From Eledone cirrhosa (Eukaryota): a stretch of 64,000 nucleotides of DNA. Location of the stretch: contig OZ024742.1 of the NCBI GenBank assembly GCA_964016885.1, forward strand, positions 254,758,001-254,822,000, in the 5' to 3' direction. The position numbers and the translations under genes were made by a program. Below, in pieces: positions 42,290 to 56,951 of this stretch; within the stretch, counting starts at the first letter, position 1; every line of letters begins with the position of its first letter. The notes under the pieces were generated by a model. It worked only from the letters and a program-made list of their open reading frames with translations, made no database searches and was not told the origin of the DNA.

Positions 42290-44040
42290 ATTGATAGAAT
42301 TAGGAAACCAATTATAAAAACTGCCATGCTTTAATCCTTGAACAATTGTAAACCAGCCATCCATGATTTCTTACCAATTCAATGATACTTTTGAACAACT
42401 GATAAACATATAAACAATACGTCATTTAAAATATGAAACGTTTGTAGTTCACCTTTTGATTTGTTCCCCAAAATATAACAGACATTAAGAAAAAGTTTCC
42501 ACTTTCCACTAAAATATCCTTTAAAATTTTTCATCAAATTTCTACTTCATGATATAAATTTTCTTCTAAGAATCATATTATAAGATTAATACACCACAGA
42601 TATCAATGAGAAACAACTACTATTTCAGACATACTCATAACACCAGAATTAGAACAGACATATTTTGCCAAAAGACATAAACCTTTTGAACTTTTATTAT
42701 GGTATCCATTCCATCACACACCAAATAGATTATACAGCATGACAAAACAAATATATGTAATAGTGTATTCAGAACTACAGAATATTAAGGAATTTAGAGG
42801 TTTTCTTAAACAACAAAAATATCCCATGAATCTAATGTATGATGTTAGGATTCTTGAGACAAAATGTTGGGAAAGATAATGTTCCATTCCTCAGCACTTA
42901 TGATACAGGAGTACCAAATATATTTGTCACCATTGAGGCAAACCTGCCAATCCTGTTACATTCGTCATCATCATCACCATTTTACGTCAGTTCGTCCACG
43001 CTAGCATGGGTTAGATGGGTTGTCCTGTTGTGGGCAGTGTCCAGTCGGCAGACCTTGTCTTGCTCATATGGGAACTGATTCTGGCTTGATTTCTACAGCT
43101 GGATGCCCTTCATAACACCAACCTCATTTACAGTGAGTGCTGGGTGCTTTTTTTCCGTGGTGCCTCCAGTTTGCAGTGTGGGCTGGGTGCTTTTTTGCTG
43201 TAGCACCTCCACGACCACTTAGCAGTGGAATCATAGGGACACCCTATCATCTCATTTCTACAGCTGAGTAAACTGGAGCAATGTGAAATAAATTGTCTTG
43301 CTCAAGGAAACAACACATCATCCAGTCCGAGAATTGAACTCACAATCTTTCGATTGCAAGCCCAATGCTCTAACCATTAAGCTATGTGCCTTCATACACA
43401 TAAATTAACTGGAAAACAGAAAATCTGATTTACTGTATTATCTATCTTGACTACAAAGAGAATTATATTGGTGAGATCAGGAACCCTTTATATGAATGAG
43501 TCAGAGTGCACAAACAACAGATACGAAAACTGCAACTTAGGAAAATCCCATTCAATGAACATTTAGAAATTTGCAGTAACAGCAAATTCAAAATATTCTT
43601 TATTTATAAGTGTTCAAAAGATGATTTAAGATACCGACGAGAATTGGAGAAGTATTTTATAAAAAAATACACTCTGAAACTAACCATAACAGCTCTATTT
43701 TAAGAGATGTGAAGATGCACATGGGGTACTTCAGATTTGACCACCCTTTTAACAACAACTAAATTTATTCCTTGATAAGTTGAGTGGAAGACAAATACGC
43801 TAGATTAAAATTATTATTAAGGTTCTATTATTATATATTCTTTTGCACAAGTGATAAATCATTTAGTATTACTTCTGACAATTATACTATATCTATATAT
43901 TATTCTGTGTACTACCAAAGACCTTGATAAGAATGTCTTTTCTAATGGTTGGTATTTTTGGTTTATCAAATGTTTTACAATGTTTAGTCATTTTAATTCT
44001 TGTGATCAAGTATTTGGTAGAGACTCTAGCTTTTAGAGCA
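42290..44040 (+). pseudogene. degenerate Penelope-like element interrupted by an RTE-tail/SINE (42960-43230 minus) and a tRNA SINE (43255-43395 minus)
   Basis: NLIYCI..NYIGEI..VRVHKQQIR..IPFNEHL and QQKYP, IEANLPIL resemble the 9.4-10.1 kb PLE. Confidence 0.7.
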
Positions 44041-44229
44041 ATGTTTAAACATTTTTTTATTTCAAAGTATATTTATTTATTTTGATTTTAAAAATTAACA
44101 AAAAGAAATATAATAATACAATGCTTACAGAACGAAAGCACAAACAAATGTAATATAAAGGAAAGGGAAAGGGGAAACAGAAAAAAAAGAAAGGAAAAGA
44201 AAGAGAAAAGAAAAAAAAACACAGAAGCG

Positions 44230-45035
44230 GTTAGCACACACATCTGGGACGACATACAACAAAAGGCAGGTGAAAGAGGTAGACAATCAAGCCACTACCA
44301 GAGTAAAAGATGACAGTATCTAGAGGAGCACTGGGAAACCTCTCTGATGATTTTTGAGGCAAGCCAGCATGCTCGAAGTGCTTCCTTGAGTGATGGTGAG
44401 GCGAATGCGCTGGAACAACCAAGCACCCTCACGAGCTTCACCAGATACCTCTATTAGGTGAGCCGCCAGTGAAGGTAGGAATCTCGCAGTCAGTATCTCG
44501 ACTCCCCCAAACGTCTCGAATGATACAGGTTGGAAAATGTAGTTGGTTGATAGATCACGGTATTTTAGGATTTTTTTCCATTTGGTTGTGGAAGCTGTGG
44601 CTCCCGCTCTAACCGCAGCATTCAGGATGTGGGAAGATGCAAAAGATTCAGTAACTGTGATGTCCCAGACAAGACATCTGCCTCTGGACCAGGGGCACAG
44701 GGTAAGGCCATCAGGTCTTTTCCCATCAATTCTGGACAACCCAGATTGAGGGGATGTTTGCCAAAGCTCTCTTGAGAATAAGGTTTAGCTCCATGGGAGC
44801 GACTGGCATTCAGGCAGCAAGAAAGACCATGAAGGCCTGTGGAGTTAAGGAGTTTGCTACATCGACACCTCAGACCCGTACAGACACCAACTCCCACTCT
44901 GAGGGCAATGGATATGCGAAGTTCGTCCAACCTGAGTAGGCCACCAATGTTAGCCACGGGTAGGGTGTCAACCCAGTCACCTGAGTTTTGAGCTTATGAT
45001 ATAATCCAGGCACATGCCAGGCGATGTGAGTATGA
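44230..45035 (-). mobile_element. CRE-clade-like non-LTR retrotransposon 3' part (Zn knuckle + restriction-like endonuclease), frameshifted
   Basis: CRCSKLLNSTGLHGLSC, GKRPDGLTLCPW..CLVWDITV, KYRDL..FQPVSFETFG, WLFQRI. Confidence 0.82.
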
Positions 45036-45370
45036 TGGGGAGGAATGTTTATAGAAAAAATGTGCAGATCAAATCAAATCAATTTAGGATAAGAAATGTT
45101 ATAGGATCTGTGGTGAGATGATTACATAAAATATATTGAGGATATTAACAGGAAGTGGTCACAAGTGACACGCATACACATACACCGATGCATACACATG
45201 TAAACATCTGAGTGTTTTTGTTATGCTGGAAGTGTGTGGTGAGAGGGGGTTACTATTTGTATCAACCCCTAAAAAATGTACATCAATTTGGAAACAAAAT
45301 ATATATACACATATTCATCTATATATAGGATACATCCGAATAATTAATTGCCATTCTGAAAGTATGGATT

Positions 45371-45792
45371 TATAACGGCGGCGAAGATTCGAAACCGAAT
45401 CTGAGCTTTCCCGCTTCTGGGAAAAGCCGTGGTAAGTTTTTTACCTTTTTGGCTTGCTCCTTGTGTTCTCGCTACAATGATTTCATTTGGTCATTCAACT
45501 TCCCGTCTGGGAGGGGAGTCCTGTAGCGCTCTCTAGACAGGAAGTAGCTGGAGTTACTTCCCGTTGAGGTTGCAAAGACTTCTTTGTGACTTCCGTCCGG
45601 AGAACTATAAAGGAGAGAGCTGGAAGCTATCTCTCTCTCTTCTCAACTTCTGGATGCTGGCCTTCGGCCAGGCGCGTTCCTCCGAAGGAATACTCTCCCC
45701 ATTCCTGACTGCAAAAAGTTAAACAACTTACCACGGCTTTTCCCAGAAGCGGGAAAGCTCAGATTCGGTTTCGAATCTTCGCCGCCGTTATA
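45371..45792. mobile_element. 422-bp non-autonomous element with perfect 68-bp terminal inverted repeats (MITE-like or solo-LTR-like)
   Basis: 45371-45438 is the reverse complement of 45725-45792; internal CTATAAA and CT tract. Confidence 0.7.
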
Positions 45793-45901
45793 GATTCATT
45801 TCATGTGTCATTGAGTGTTGTGCTATCATGCAAATACCTCGATAAATTTCGAATGCATATATATATACATTCTAAATTATGTATATATATATATATGTAT
45901 G

Positions 45902-46717
45902 TCTCTTTCTCTTAATTTCGAGTATTATTTTGTTGACCGGACACCTTCCTGGTGGCAAGGTTGTAAAAGAAAAGAAATTGTCATCCCTTGAATCGCAAGA
46001 ATGTTTTGCAAATTTAGAAGGTGCCAGCTATCGCAGCCATTTGTAGACTATGAATTAGGGAGCTGCGCTTTTTGTCCGCAAATCCAAGTTCAGTCATACT
46101 TTGGTCCAAGCGGGTTGGTATATAACCCGTAGCTCCAATAATGATGGGTATGAAGCTAAAGGTGTATCTTGGATACTGGATTTGTAAACTCCTCATCAAT
46201 GGTCCGTAGATGTCCTCCTCCTGTATTTTTCTGACAACGTTTACATCAAGTGGGCAGCTGATCTCCACAACAGAACACGTTTTCAATGTGTGGTCCCAAA
46301 CAACAATATCAGGCCGGTTGTGCTTTAATTTGGTGGCAATTTTTATTTTCAGGTTCCACCAGTATTCCTTAGTGCCATCTGTCTCAATATATTCTTCCTC
46401 GTTTGTTGTTAATTTTGTTTTCCGAAGTGCGTTCCAGATGGTTCTAGCCATCCCATCGTGTCTCATGGGGAGGTAGTAGCGAGATGACATTCTTTCGCAG
46501 CTGGCAACAATGTGGCTTACATCCTCGATCTTTGTTTTACATAGCCTACATTTATTGTCAGCTGCAGGCCTTCCCCTTTTGTGCAGCAGATATTTGGTAG
46601 GAAGTTCTTGTTCCTGTATTGCATAGAGATATCCCTCAAGGTGTGACGTCATAAACTTGTCGGAACTCCATGCCAGGCTTTTTGAGTGGTTTATCCCCTC
46701 TATGGTCTCTGTTTTAC
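45902..46717 (-). mobile_element. R4/Dong-like RLE non-LTR element, short 5'-truncated copy
   Basis: CRLC..H..C, RHD, NRPDI, VEISCP; nearly identical to the 3' part of 46783-48290. Confidence 0.9.
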
Positions 46718-46782
46718 GTATGTATGTATGTATGTATGTACGTATGTATGTATGTATGTATGTATGTATGTATGTATGTATG

Positions 46783-48290
46783 TTTTCTCTTTCTCTTAAT
46801 TTCGAGTATATATTTTTGACCGGCCACCTTCCTGGTGGCAAGGTTGTAAAAGAAAAGAAATTGTCATCCCTTGAATCGCAAGAATGTTTTGCAAATTTTG
46901 AAGGTGCCAGCTATCGCAGCCATTTGTAGACTATGAATTAGGGAGCTGCGCTTTTTGTCCGCAAATCCAAGTTCAGTCATACTTTGGTCCAAGCGGGTTG
47001 GTATATAACCCGTAGCACCAATAATGATGGGTATGAAGCTAAAGGTGTATCTTGGATACTGGATTTGTAAACTCCTCATCAATGGTCCGTAGATGTCCTC
47101 CTTCTCCTGTATTTTTCTGACAACGTTTACATCAAGTGGGCAGCTGATCTCCACAACAGAACACGTTTTCAATGTGTGGTCCCAAACTACAATATCAGGC
47201 CGGTTGTGCTTTAATTTGGTGGCAATTTTTATTTTCAGGTTCCACCAGTATTCCTTAGTGCCATCTGTCTCAATATATTCTTCCTCGTTTGTTGTTAATT
47301 TTGTTTTCCGAAGTGCGTTCCAGATGGTTCTAGCTATCCCATCGTGTCTCATGGGGAGGTAGTAGCGAGATGACATTCTTTCGCAGCTGGCAACAATGTG
47401 GCTTACATCCTCGATCTTTGTTTTACATAGCCTACATTTATTGTCAGCTGCTGGCCCTCCTCTTTTGTGCAGCATATATTTGGTAGGGAGTTCTTGTTCC
47501 TGTATTGCATAGAGATATCCCTCAAGGTGTGATGTCATAAACTTGTCGGAACTCCATGCCAGGCTTTTTGAGTGGTTTATCCCCTCTATGGTCTGTGTTA
47601 TACGCCTCAAGTATCCATGCACAACTTTTTCTGTAAATTGGTCAATTTTTTTATCTTGTTTGAACATTGAATACGATCTTCCGATTTCTCTGGGTGAGAG
47701 ATTTATATCAGGCTTTATTCCATATCTCTCCTCCAGATCAGTCGCTATTCTAATGATATTTCTTTTTTCATGCTCATAAACCTGGGCAAGATGGTTGCCA
47801 ACCTTTTTCCTCTGTTGAAGGTGTTGCTTCAGTGTTACTATACGGGTCTCATATATTGTTAATATTGATTTTAGACCCCGGCCACCTTCCTTGCGTGAGA
47901 AGTATAGCCTATCCACATCACCATTGATGTTAAAGTTCCCAGTAACACTGAGAAGTTTTCGAGTTCTAACATCCATCTCACTTAGTTCTTGCAATGACCA
48001 GTTCAGTAGGCCAAATGTTGGCGTTAGAATTGGCACAGCATAAGTATTGTGGGCAATGTATTTGTTGTATGCTGACAGTTCTGATGGCCATATTTTCTTT
48101 ACTCTTCTGAGGTATTCAGTTCTGGTTCTCTCCTTATTTATGGGTCCATCATATCTGATATTCTCATCCTGTCCAAGATATCTGTAGTTGTCACCTGACT
48201 GCAGAGGTTGTATTGTCAGGTCGTTCATCTCTAGATTTCTAGAGGAGGGCACAGCTCTTCTACGTTTTACTGCCAAATATGAACACTTGG
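46783..48290 (-). mobile_element. R4/Dong-like RLE non-LTR element, 5'-truncated, open ORF 46864-48276
   Basis: YRYLG, DVDRLYFSRKEGGRGL, AIQEQ, CCHC finger, RHD, PD..E nuclease; (CATA)n on both sides. Confidence 0.92.
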
Positions 48291-49625
48291 ACTCACGATG
48301 TGTGTATGTATGTATGTATGTATGTATGTATGTATGTATGTATGTATGTATGTATGTATTTATGTATGTATGTATGTATGTATGTATGTATGTATGTATG
48401 TATGTATGTATGTCAGGTCGCTCTTGAGTGCTTCTGGTAACATGTAACCCAGTACAACCTGTCTCATGATCGGGTCATGGGCGACTAAACCGGCAACCCC
48501 ACCAAGCTTGCTTGGTGAGGAGGGTGATATTTGGACACCCTGTGGGATGAAATACAAGACCCGGCAAAGAGTGAAGGAACTCAGCAGAGTCAACGGCCAT
48601 CCAAATAGTACTTTTTCTTTTTACCTGGGAGTGAAAGACCCACAGTTGTTGTTACAACACCTTTCTACGAGAGGGAAACTAAAAAAAAAAAAACCTGCGG
48701 TTTCGGAAGTATCCAATGATGTTGACTAGTTCTCCCTTTTGGGTAGTATTTTCGATGCTCAGAGAGTGGGATTGGTCGAGTGCTAAGCCTTTCTCCATTT
48801 AAAAAATCTTCAAAGCACAGATATTGCTTGTTCAGAATCTGTTACAGGTTCGTGTGGCTGGCTGTAGCCTAAAAGAGCACAGAACTCTATAATCTGACAA
48901 GCGAATGCAATACACTTATCAGAGTTTGCAGCCATCATATATGTATGTATATGTGTGTATATATATATATGAAGCGAAGCAAAGTTAGTAGTTATCGTTA
49001 GAAGAAATAACTCGAATAACTAGTTTACTTTTGATATAATATTTACTTCAGTCAAAAAGAACAACAAATAAGTTACCACGAGTTGCAAAGGTTGACGATG
49101 TTATTTTGTTGTTGACGTGAAAACAATGAGCGACCAGATAATGTTTGTTGGTGGTTACAGTCCGTGGTAGTAGACCTCGTCGTGATTGAATTCTCTCTCT
49201 CTTCCACCGGCTATTTATATCCCCACCTTTCTGTCCCCTACCCCGAGGGATCGCCCACGCATCAACTTTTTAACGCCAAAAGGGTGGTGAGCTAGAATTT
49301 GACCTTTAGGCGTCACCCAGAGTTCGCTACATTAGTTCCCGCCTAGATCGATGCGGGAGCGGCGATCGATAATTGAAAAGTTAGCGAAAGAGAAAGAGCA
49401 AAAAATACTCTGTTTCTCTCCTTCCGCACACTAGTTGTTGTTCATGTTCATAAAGTCTCCATCACAATTTGATTTTTTTAACATCTCCAGATATAGATTT
49501 TTTTTGATTTTAAAAAATTTTAACTGTTGCATTTTTTTACATTTTTTTTGTTATATGTTCTTTATAAGATAAGACCAGTAAACAATTAAATGAAAAGGAA
49601 CAAATTATCGATGAGATGAGGAATG

Positions 49626-52620
49626 TTACTTGCCATATTGAGCATAACGAGATGGCCTGTACACACGTCGGCCGGATCTAGTGCTTGTTGTTGGCATAGA
49701 GTTCAGATTATCGGTGAATGGGAGCACTGGTGTTGGGTTAACTTGAGCTGATAATGAGGGTTCATCCAAATCCACATGAGCTTTTGTTAAACGGTCGAGA
49801 CTGACAGCCTCCCTCCTTCCATTAATGTCCAAAATGAAATGCTTGGGTGTACTTTTGAGTACTTGGTATGGCCCCGAGTATGGTGGTTACAAAGGAGCCT
49901 TGATAGTGTCCCTTCTGACAAAAACGTGTGTCCATTGCTGTAGGTCGGATGGAACTTGCGTAGTGATGCTTTGATGGCGCGGGGCAACCAATGGTAGGTT
50001 TGCCATGTAGGTCCGCAGGCGATGGATATAGTTCATTGGATCTGCGGGGTATTTAGACTCAGGAGCAATCAATCATTTGCCCGGGTAATACCAATGTCGT
50101 GCCATAAACCAGCCCAGCCGGCGTAAAACCAAGTCCTTCTTTTACGGTGGAGCGAATTCCAAGAAGGATGAAGGGTAAAATCTCCAACCAGTTACTGTTG
50201 TTGACGTAGGCTCTGAGAGCCGATTTTAATTGCTGATGGAAACGTTCCACCATACCATTAGCTGCAGGGTGATAGGCTGTTGTACGTATTCTACTACAAC
50301 TTAGGAGGCGTGTCAATTCTTGGAAAATGTTTGATTCGAACTGGCCGCCACTGTCCGTTGTTATGGTAGAAGGTGTGCCATAATGTGAAATCCAATGCTG
50401 TACTAACTCCTTGGCAATAGAATGTGGTGTCAGAAAGAGGAATGGCCTCAGGCCACCGGGAGAATCTGTCCACACGGGTCAAAAGGTGCGTGCAACCCTG
50501 AGAAGGAGGCAGTGGTCCGACGATATCGATGTGCACGCGTTGGAAACGTGCATCCGGTTTTGCGAAGGTTCCCAGAGGGGTTCTGACATGATGGTGAATC
50601 TTCGCCTTCTGACATTGGATGCAACATCTGGCTCATTCCCTGACATCTTTGTTCACACCAACCCAAACAAACCGGGCTGTTAATAACTTCAGGGTAGAGT
50701 TGGTTCCAGGATGCGATAGGTTGTGCAGCTCAGAAAAAAACCAAACGTCGATGCTGTAGGGGCACATAGGTCGCGCGTGACCCGTCGACACATCACACCA
50801 GATACCACCAGAAGAAAAGGGTAGAGGGAGGAGTTCGAAAGATAAGGAAGAAGAAGTTGGAGTATTTCGGAGTTTGAGGAGCTCCCCATCCGTCTGTTGA
50901 GCGGCGGCGATGTCTAGGAGGCTGATCGTAAAGGAGGTGTGCAGTGCACTCAAGTGTGCGCGAGAAAGGGCGTCGGCTGCAGAGTTGTCTGAATCTTTAA
51001 TGTCGCAAATATCCGTAGTATACTGGGATATAAAATCTAGGTGGCGCACTTCTCTAGGTGAGTGGCGGTCAGGCTTGGAATACAGAGCGTACGTGAGAGG
51101 TTTATGGTCGGTGTAAATAGAGAACGCCGAACCTTCTAACATGTGCCGGAAATTTCTCACACTGAGGTACGCTGCCAAAAGTTCCCGATCGAATGTGCTG
51201 TACTTTGTTTCGGCCGGTTTGAGTCGCCTAGAGAAGAAAGAAATTGGCTGCCACGCATCGTCTACGCATTTTTGGAAGACGCCACCGACCCCAACATCCG
51301 ATGCATCGACGAACAGACCAAGCGGTGCGTCCGGTTTGGGATGAACCAACATTGTGTCCTCTGCTAAGTCCCGCTTTACTCTCAGAAAAGCGGCCGCTTG
51401 TGCGTCATCGAAAGTGATAAGCTGGTTGTTCCGTTTGCACTGCCGTAGGATGTCTGTTAGCGGCTGGAGAGACTCTGCACAGCAAGGAATGAACCGGCGG
51501 TAAAAATTTATGAGGCCAAGGAACTCACGTACTTTCCGCAGTGACGTAGGAGTGGAAAACTCCAAAATTGACTTAACTTTGTCGTGTAGGGGGCAGATTC
51601 CTCGCTCATCGATGTGGTGTCTCAGAAACTCAAGGGAAGAAACACCGAAAAGGCATTTACTGGGGTTGATGATGACACCAAACTGAGAAAAACGCTCGAA
51701 AAGCAGCTGTAGATGCCTTTCGTGCTCCTCATGGGATGTGCTGGCTACCAGCATATCGTCAATATACGCGTAGACACAGAGTAAACCACGTACTATTGTG
51801 TCGATGAAACGCTGGAAGGTCGATGCAGCATTGCGTAAACCAAATGGCATTCTAAGAAACTCGAAAAGGCCGAAAGGAGTTGTAATGGCCGTTTTTGGAA
51901 TGTCGCCAGGTTCAATAGGAATCTGGTTGTACGCCCGCACGAGGTCGATTTTTGAAAAGACCCTAGCACCGTGTAGGTTAGCAGAGAAATCCTGTATGTG
52001 AGGCACCAGATACCTATCGGGTTTGGTTCGCGTGTTAAGAAAGCGATAGTCTCTACACGGTTGCAAATCGCCCACAGATTTCTTGGGAACCATGTGAAGG
52101 GGAGAAGACCAACTGCTACTGGATGGACGAACAATACCCAGTTCCAGCATATGATCGAACTCTGCTTTAGCAATCTTAGCGCAGTCAGGTGTGAGTCGCC
52201 TTGGTTTAGAAGATACCGGAAGGCCCTCAGTCACGAGACGATGCGGAACACTGTGGGTCACCATCCGACTGTTAAAAATCGGGCGTGAGATGTCAGGGTG
52301 CCTGCGTAGGATAGCATCGTATCTGCCGGACTGCACTGGGTTAAAAAAAACTGGGCTGAGGGAGGGTGCCTTGGTGTTTATGTCGCGAACATTGGAGCCC
52401 GTGGGGGAATCAATCAGTCTGCTGTGTTTAACGTCCATCAGGAGACCGAAATGGTGTAAGTTTCTTACTGCATGAAACCAGGGATGATGGTATAATGCTA
52501 ACCTCCTCAGCTCTGGTGTCCACCAGAAAACGAACACCGGTTGTTCAGTCGCTAATGTGGAACAAGCGGCTAGGTTTGAAGAGCCAACTGTAGTTGTCGC
52601 CGTTACTGCCCAGCCCCGTC
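49626..52620 (-). pseudogene. pol: Gypsy pol (protease, RT, RNase H, integrase), frameshifted
   Basis: [81 protein letters not shown]. Confidence 0.93.
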
Positions 52621-53492
52621 GTTTCCCGGCACTCACGGAAACCCCTCCTAAAAGAACAGGGCAATAGGCATTTACGGGCCCTTTCGCCGAATTTACGGTG
52701 ATAATAGCACATGGGATCGGTCGCCAGGGGACGAATCGGATCTTGTGTGCGCTGATGGGAAGCGCATTGAGTTGAGCTGGCACTGCTGCGTGGTTGTAGC
52801 TGCAGTTTAGCCATAAGAGCGTTCAAGTGCTCGGCCTGTTCTTCCACCCGAGCCTCGAGCGCTGCTACCTTCGAAACAGAAGAGGAAGAAGGAGAAGAAT
52901 TAGAAAATGAGGAAGAAAGAGATGAAGAAAAAGAGCTTGCTATGGGATTTGTGTGTGTCCTGGGTCACGAGTGACAATGATGCTGCCACCAAAGTGATCC
53001 TATCGACTGAATGCGCCAGCTCCTCGATTGGGGTAGATATTTCACTGGCCGCCAAAATACTGCGAGTGGCTGGTGGCAGCCTTTGTAAGAACAGCTGCTT
53101 TAAGATGGCCGGCTCTATGGTGTTTTCTCCCAATAGTTGCAGTAAGCGTCTTAGGAACTGTGACGGTTTCTTGTCGCCTAACTCCTCTGAATAAAGCAGT
53201 TGATTAATTCGTTGCTGCTGCGAGACGGACATCCGCTTTATAAGCTCGGATCTATATGTAGCATAAGAATATGTGCCTGGTGGTGCTGTAAGCAAATACC
53301 AGATCTGCTGCAGGGTCTCAGGAAGAAGCACCCCGACAACATGGGAAATTTTGGTCCTGTCTGCCGAAATATGGTGCGTCTCAATTGGGCCTCGATGAAT
53401 CTGAACCAAATGATAGGATCATGAGGCAAGAATGTCGGTATCCGCAGGGATATAGCTGCTTGTACGGACGATGATGCTGGTGATTGTTCCAT
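52620..53492 (-). pseudogene. gag: Gypsy gag, frameshifted
   Basis: [53 protein letters not shown]. Confidence 0.9.
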
Positions 53493-53942
53493 ATTGTTGC
53501 GTGATTATCGTTGGTAATTATAGATGGCTCAGAAAACTGTGTTCTAAAGTCGGGTCACCAATTGAAGCGAAGCAAAGTTAGTAGTTATCGTTAGAAGAAA
53601 TAACTCGAATAACTAGTTTACTTTTGATATAATATTTACTCCACCTCAGTCAAAAAGAACAACAAATAAGTTACCACGAGTTGCAAAGGTTGACGATGTT
53701 ATTTTGTTGTTGATGTGAAAACAATGAGCGACAGATAATGTTTGTTGGTGGTTACAGTCCGTGGTAGTAGACCTCGTCGTGATTGAATTCTCTCTCTCTT
53801 CCACCGGCTATTTATATCCCCAGCTTTCTGTCCCCTGCCTCGAGGGATCGCCCACGCATCAACTTGTTAACACCAAAAGGGCGGTGACCCAGAATTTGAC
53901 CTTTAGGTGTCACCCAGGGTTCGAGGTGTGGACAGGTTCGCT

Positions 53943-54495
<553 letters not shown>

Positions 54496-55564
54496 CGGGA
54501 ACGAACATGTTCCTTCTTTTAAAAAATACGAAGTGGTATTTTAAAAAAGAAAACCACACGCAGCCTTTTGATCTGATCATGACTTCCATTGCCAACATCA
54601 ACAACTTTCTCAACAGCAGCTTTCTCAGCAAACTATAATTACCAAGCTTCTCATCTATATGGTACGATATGATAAAACTTCACTTCAAATTATTCACCAA
54701 ACTTCGATTCTACGGAATATTTACAGTGACTTCGCTTCGAATTTCGATTCATTACCAAACACTTCAGCACGTGCTTCGTAATCTCCAACAACAACAACAT
54801 ACAATATTACTAGCTTCCTAGCAATAAAACGATCACACAACGAAGAGAAAACTGAACTTTTTGTAAAAAACAATTATTATTTTTTTTTTTTTACAAACCA
54901 CGTTCGAACATTTATTTCTTTTAAACTGTATATATATGAACATTCATTTTTGTATCATTGTATATATGTCTGCATACGCACATTTTTTTAAAAACTGTAT
55001 TACATGCCTGCATACGCACACACATTTAATTTCTCACACAACAACATGTTTTTGTCTATGGTATGTTCTGGATTCGGTTGGGTTTCTGCGAGATGTATGT
55101 GTGTGTGTGTGTGTATGTATATGAGTACAATCTATAAGAGGGTGAGATTTTGAGGTCAGTCACAGATGGGATTGATTATCCCATCTGTGACTATGTATGC
55201 ACTGTGGTGAAAAGAGTCTTAATTTATATTATTTACATTTCTATGATACAATTTTTATTCCACAATATATGACACAATGTATAACCTTATTCACTCAGTC
55301 AATATTGAGTTCTCCTCAAAATTTGTGTGGGTGGATATTATGGTGATCACCACCATAGTGCTGTAGTTGGTGGTGGCTTTTATGGGCTTCGATTTTTGTT
55401 ATGGTTCGTGTGGAATTATGGGCGATGTATTGTGAGATGATATGCTCGGTGATAGTTTTAAACTGCACCGGGAGCGTAGGGCGGCCAATGCGTGGGTTCC
55501 CATTTGCGAGAGATATAGAGAGCTTAGACCATATCCACTGGCTCATGTATAGATTGTGGAGGAA

Positions 55565-55760
55565 CTTGGCTCAGTGGTAAGAATGTTTGACCTACGATCA
55601 TAACCTTGTGGGTTCGATTCCTGAGTATTTGTTGCGTTCTTGAACAAAACACTTCATTTCACGTAGCTCCAGTATACTCAGCTGAAAATGAGTACCAGCA
55701 ATAGCTGGGTGTTTAACCCTGCGATGGACTGGTGTCCTGCTCAGTGGGATTCTTTTATTC
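55565..55760 (+). mobile_element. tRNA-derived SINE (TTGAGCAAG-core family)
   Basis: TGGCTCAGTGGTAAG, GGTTCGATTCC, CTCCAGTATACTCAGCTG, CCCTGCGATGGACTGG. Confidence 0.8.
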
Positions 55761-56619
55761 TCAGCCGGCCAAATGAACCTGCTAGCTTAAGACAGACTTT
55801 AGACATATATAGCTTAAGACTACCAACCAAGTAGGCCAGAGAGAGATTTGAACTCAGAACGTAAAGTGCCGAAACAATTCCCACAAAATATTTCTTCCGA
55901 TGCTGTAACAATTCCGTCTGCCTCTCCACGCCACCGACATCTATGTATTAATTTGAACAATGTCAGTATTCCGTGTGTCATAATTCTCGATTATCATTCG
56001 CCCACCTCAACTACGCCAAACTTAAATTAATATGCATAATGCCAATGCGGGAGTGTTTGGATACACTATGTATATGTGTCAGTGTAGAGACTTGTGTGTG
56101 TGTGGAAATCAGAGGGGAAGCAATAACTATTAACATGTGTGCGTGTGTATGTACGTGCGCGTATGTTTATGTGTGTCTTAACACACCACTCCTCACTGAT
56201 TAACCTCGATGTCACGTGATTGATTCTTTTGAATTTGCCACCGACCGAGTAGGCAGTGATTTTTTCAATGTCTTGGAACTTAGTCCACGCTTTGCTTTTT
56301 TTCCATCCACTGAATTATTTTTGTATAAGTTCCCTGTGTCCACGCATTGCCTGGGAGCTTAGCTGAGAATAGACTTCCGTGATGACGAAAGGATTTCTCC
56401 GTGCGTTTCTTCGGAAACCATGTTTATTCCCTTTCAGAAACTAATTAGTTGGAGTGAAATTTTAGTAAGTTAATTTTTATAATTTTCTTATTTTACGTCT
56501 TTCATATTATTGTTCTGCATCCCCTTGCATTGAACCGCAAAGTTACTAAGACAAATCCTATATATTTGCTAGCATAGGTATACATCTGTATATATATGGT
56601 AGTAGATATACTAATTCTT

Positions 56620-56698
<79 letters not shown>

Positions 56699-56920
56699 AT
56701 TTACATATACACAAACTAAACAAAGTCGCAGATATATATGTATATATGTGGCTCAATGAAGAATTAATAAATTAAATATTCAGAACAATATATCATAAAG
56801 TATGTCCATAGAATCATTTGATAATATATATACACCATTTCTTCTCCGAATTAGCATAATTAACCACATACAAAATCAATTAGACCAGGCTATAAGAATA
56901 TATATCTATATAAAAAAAAG

Positions 56921-56951
<31 letters not shown>

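Noticed and set aside
43765-43806. TTGATAA..GAC-AAAT-ACGC-TA as HHR of the degenerate PLE
   Set aside because: GAAA and stems are too decayed to support
45383-45402. GATTCGAAACCGA shared with the 25.3 kb hammerhead
   Set aside because: A short coincidental match inside a TIR hairpin, with no HHR core
48413-48940. Possible LINE 5' UTR after the (TATG)n array
   Set aside because: No ORF or diagnostic motif to confirm the class
55316-56440. Short non-repetitive ORFs as possible host exons
   Set aside because: No recognisable domain or consistent splice structure; cannot be supported without homology search
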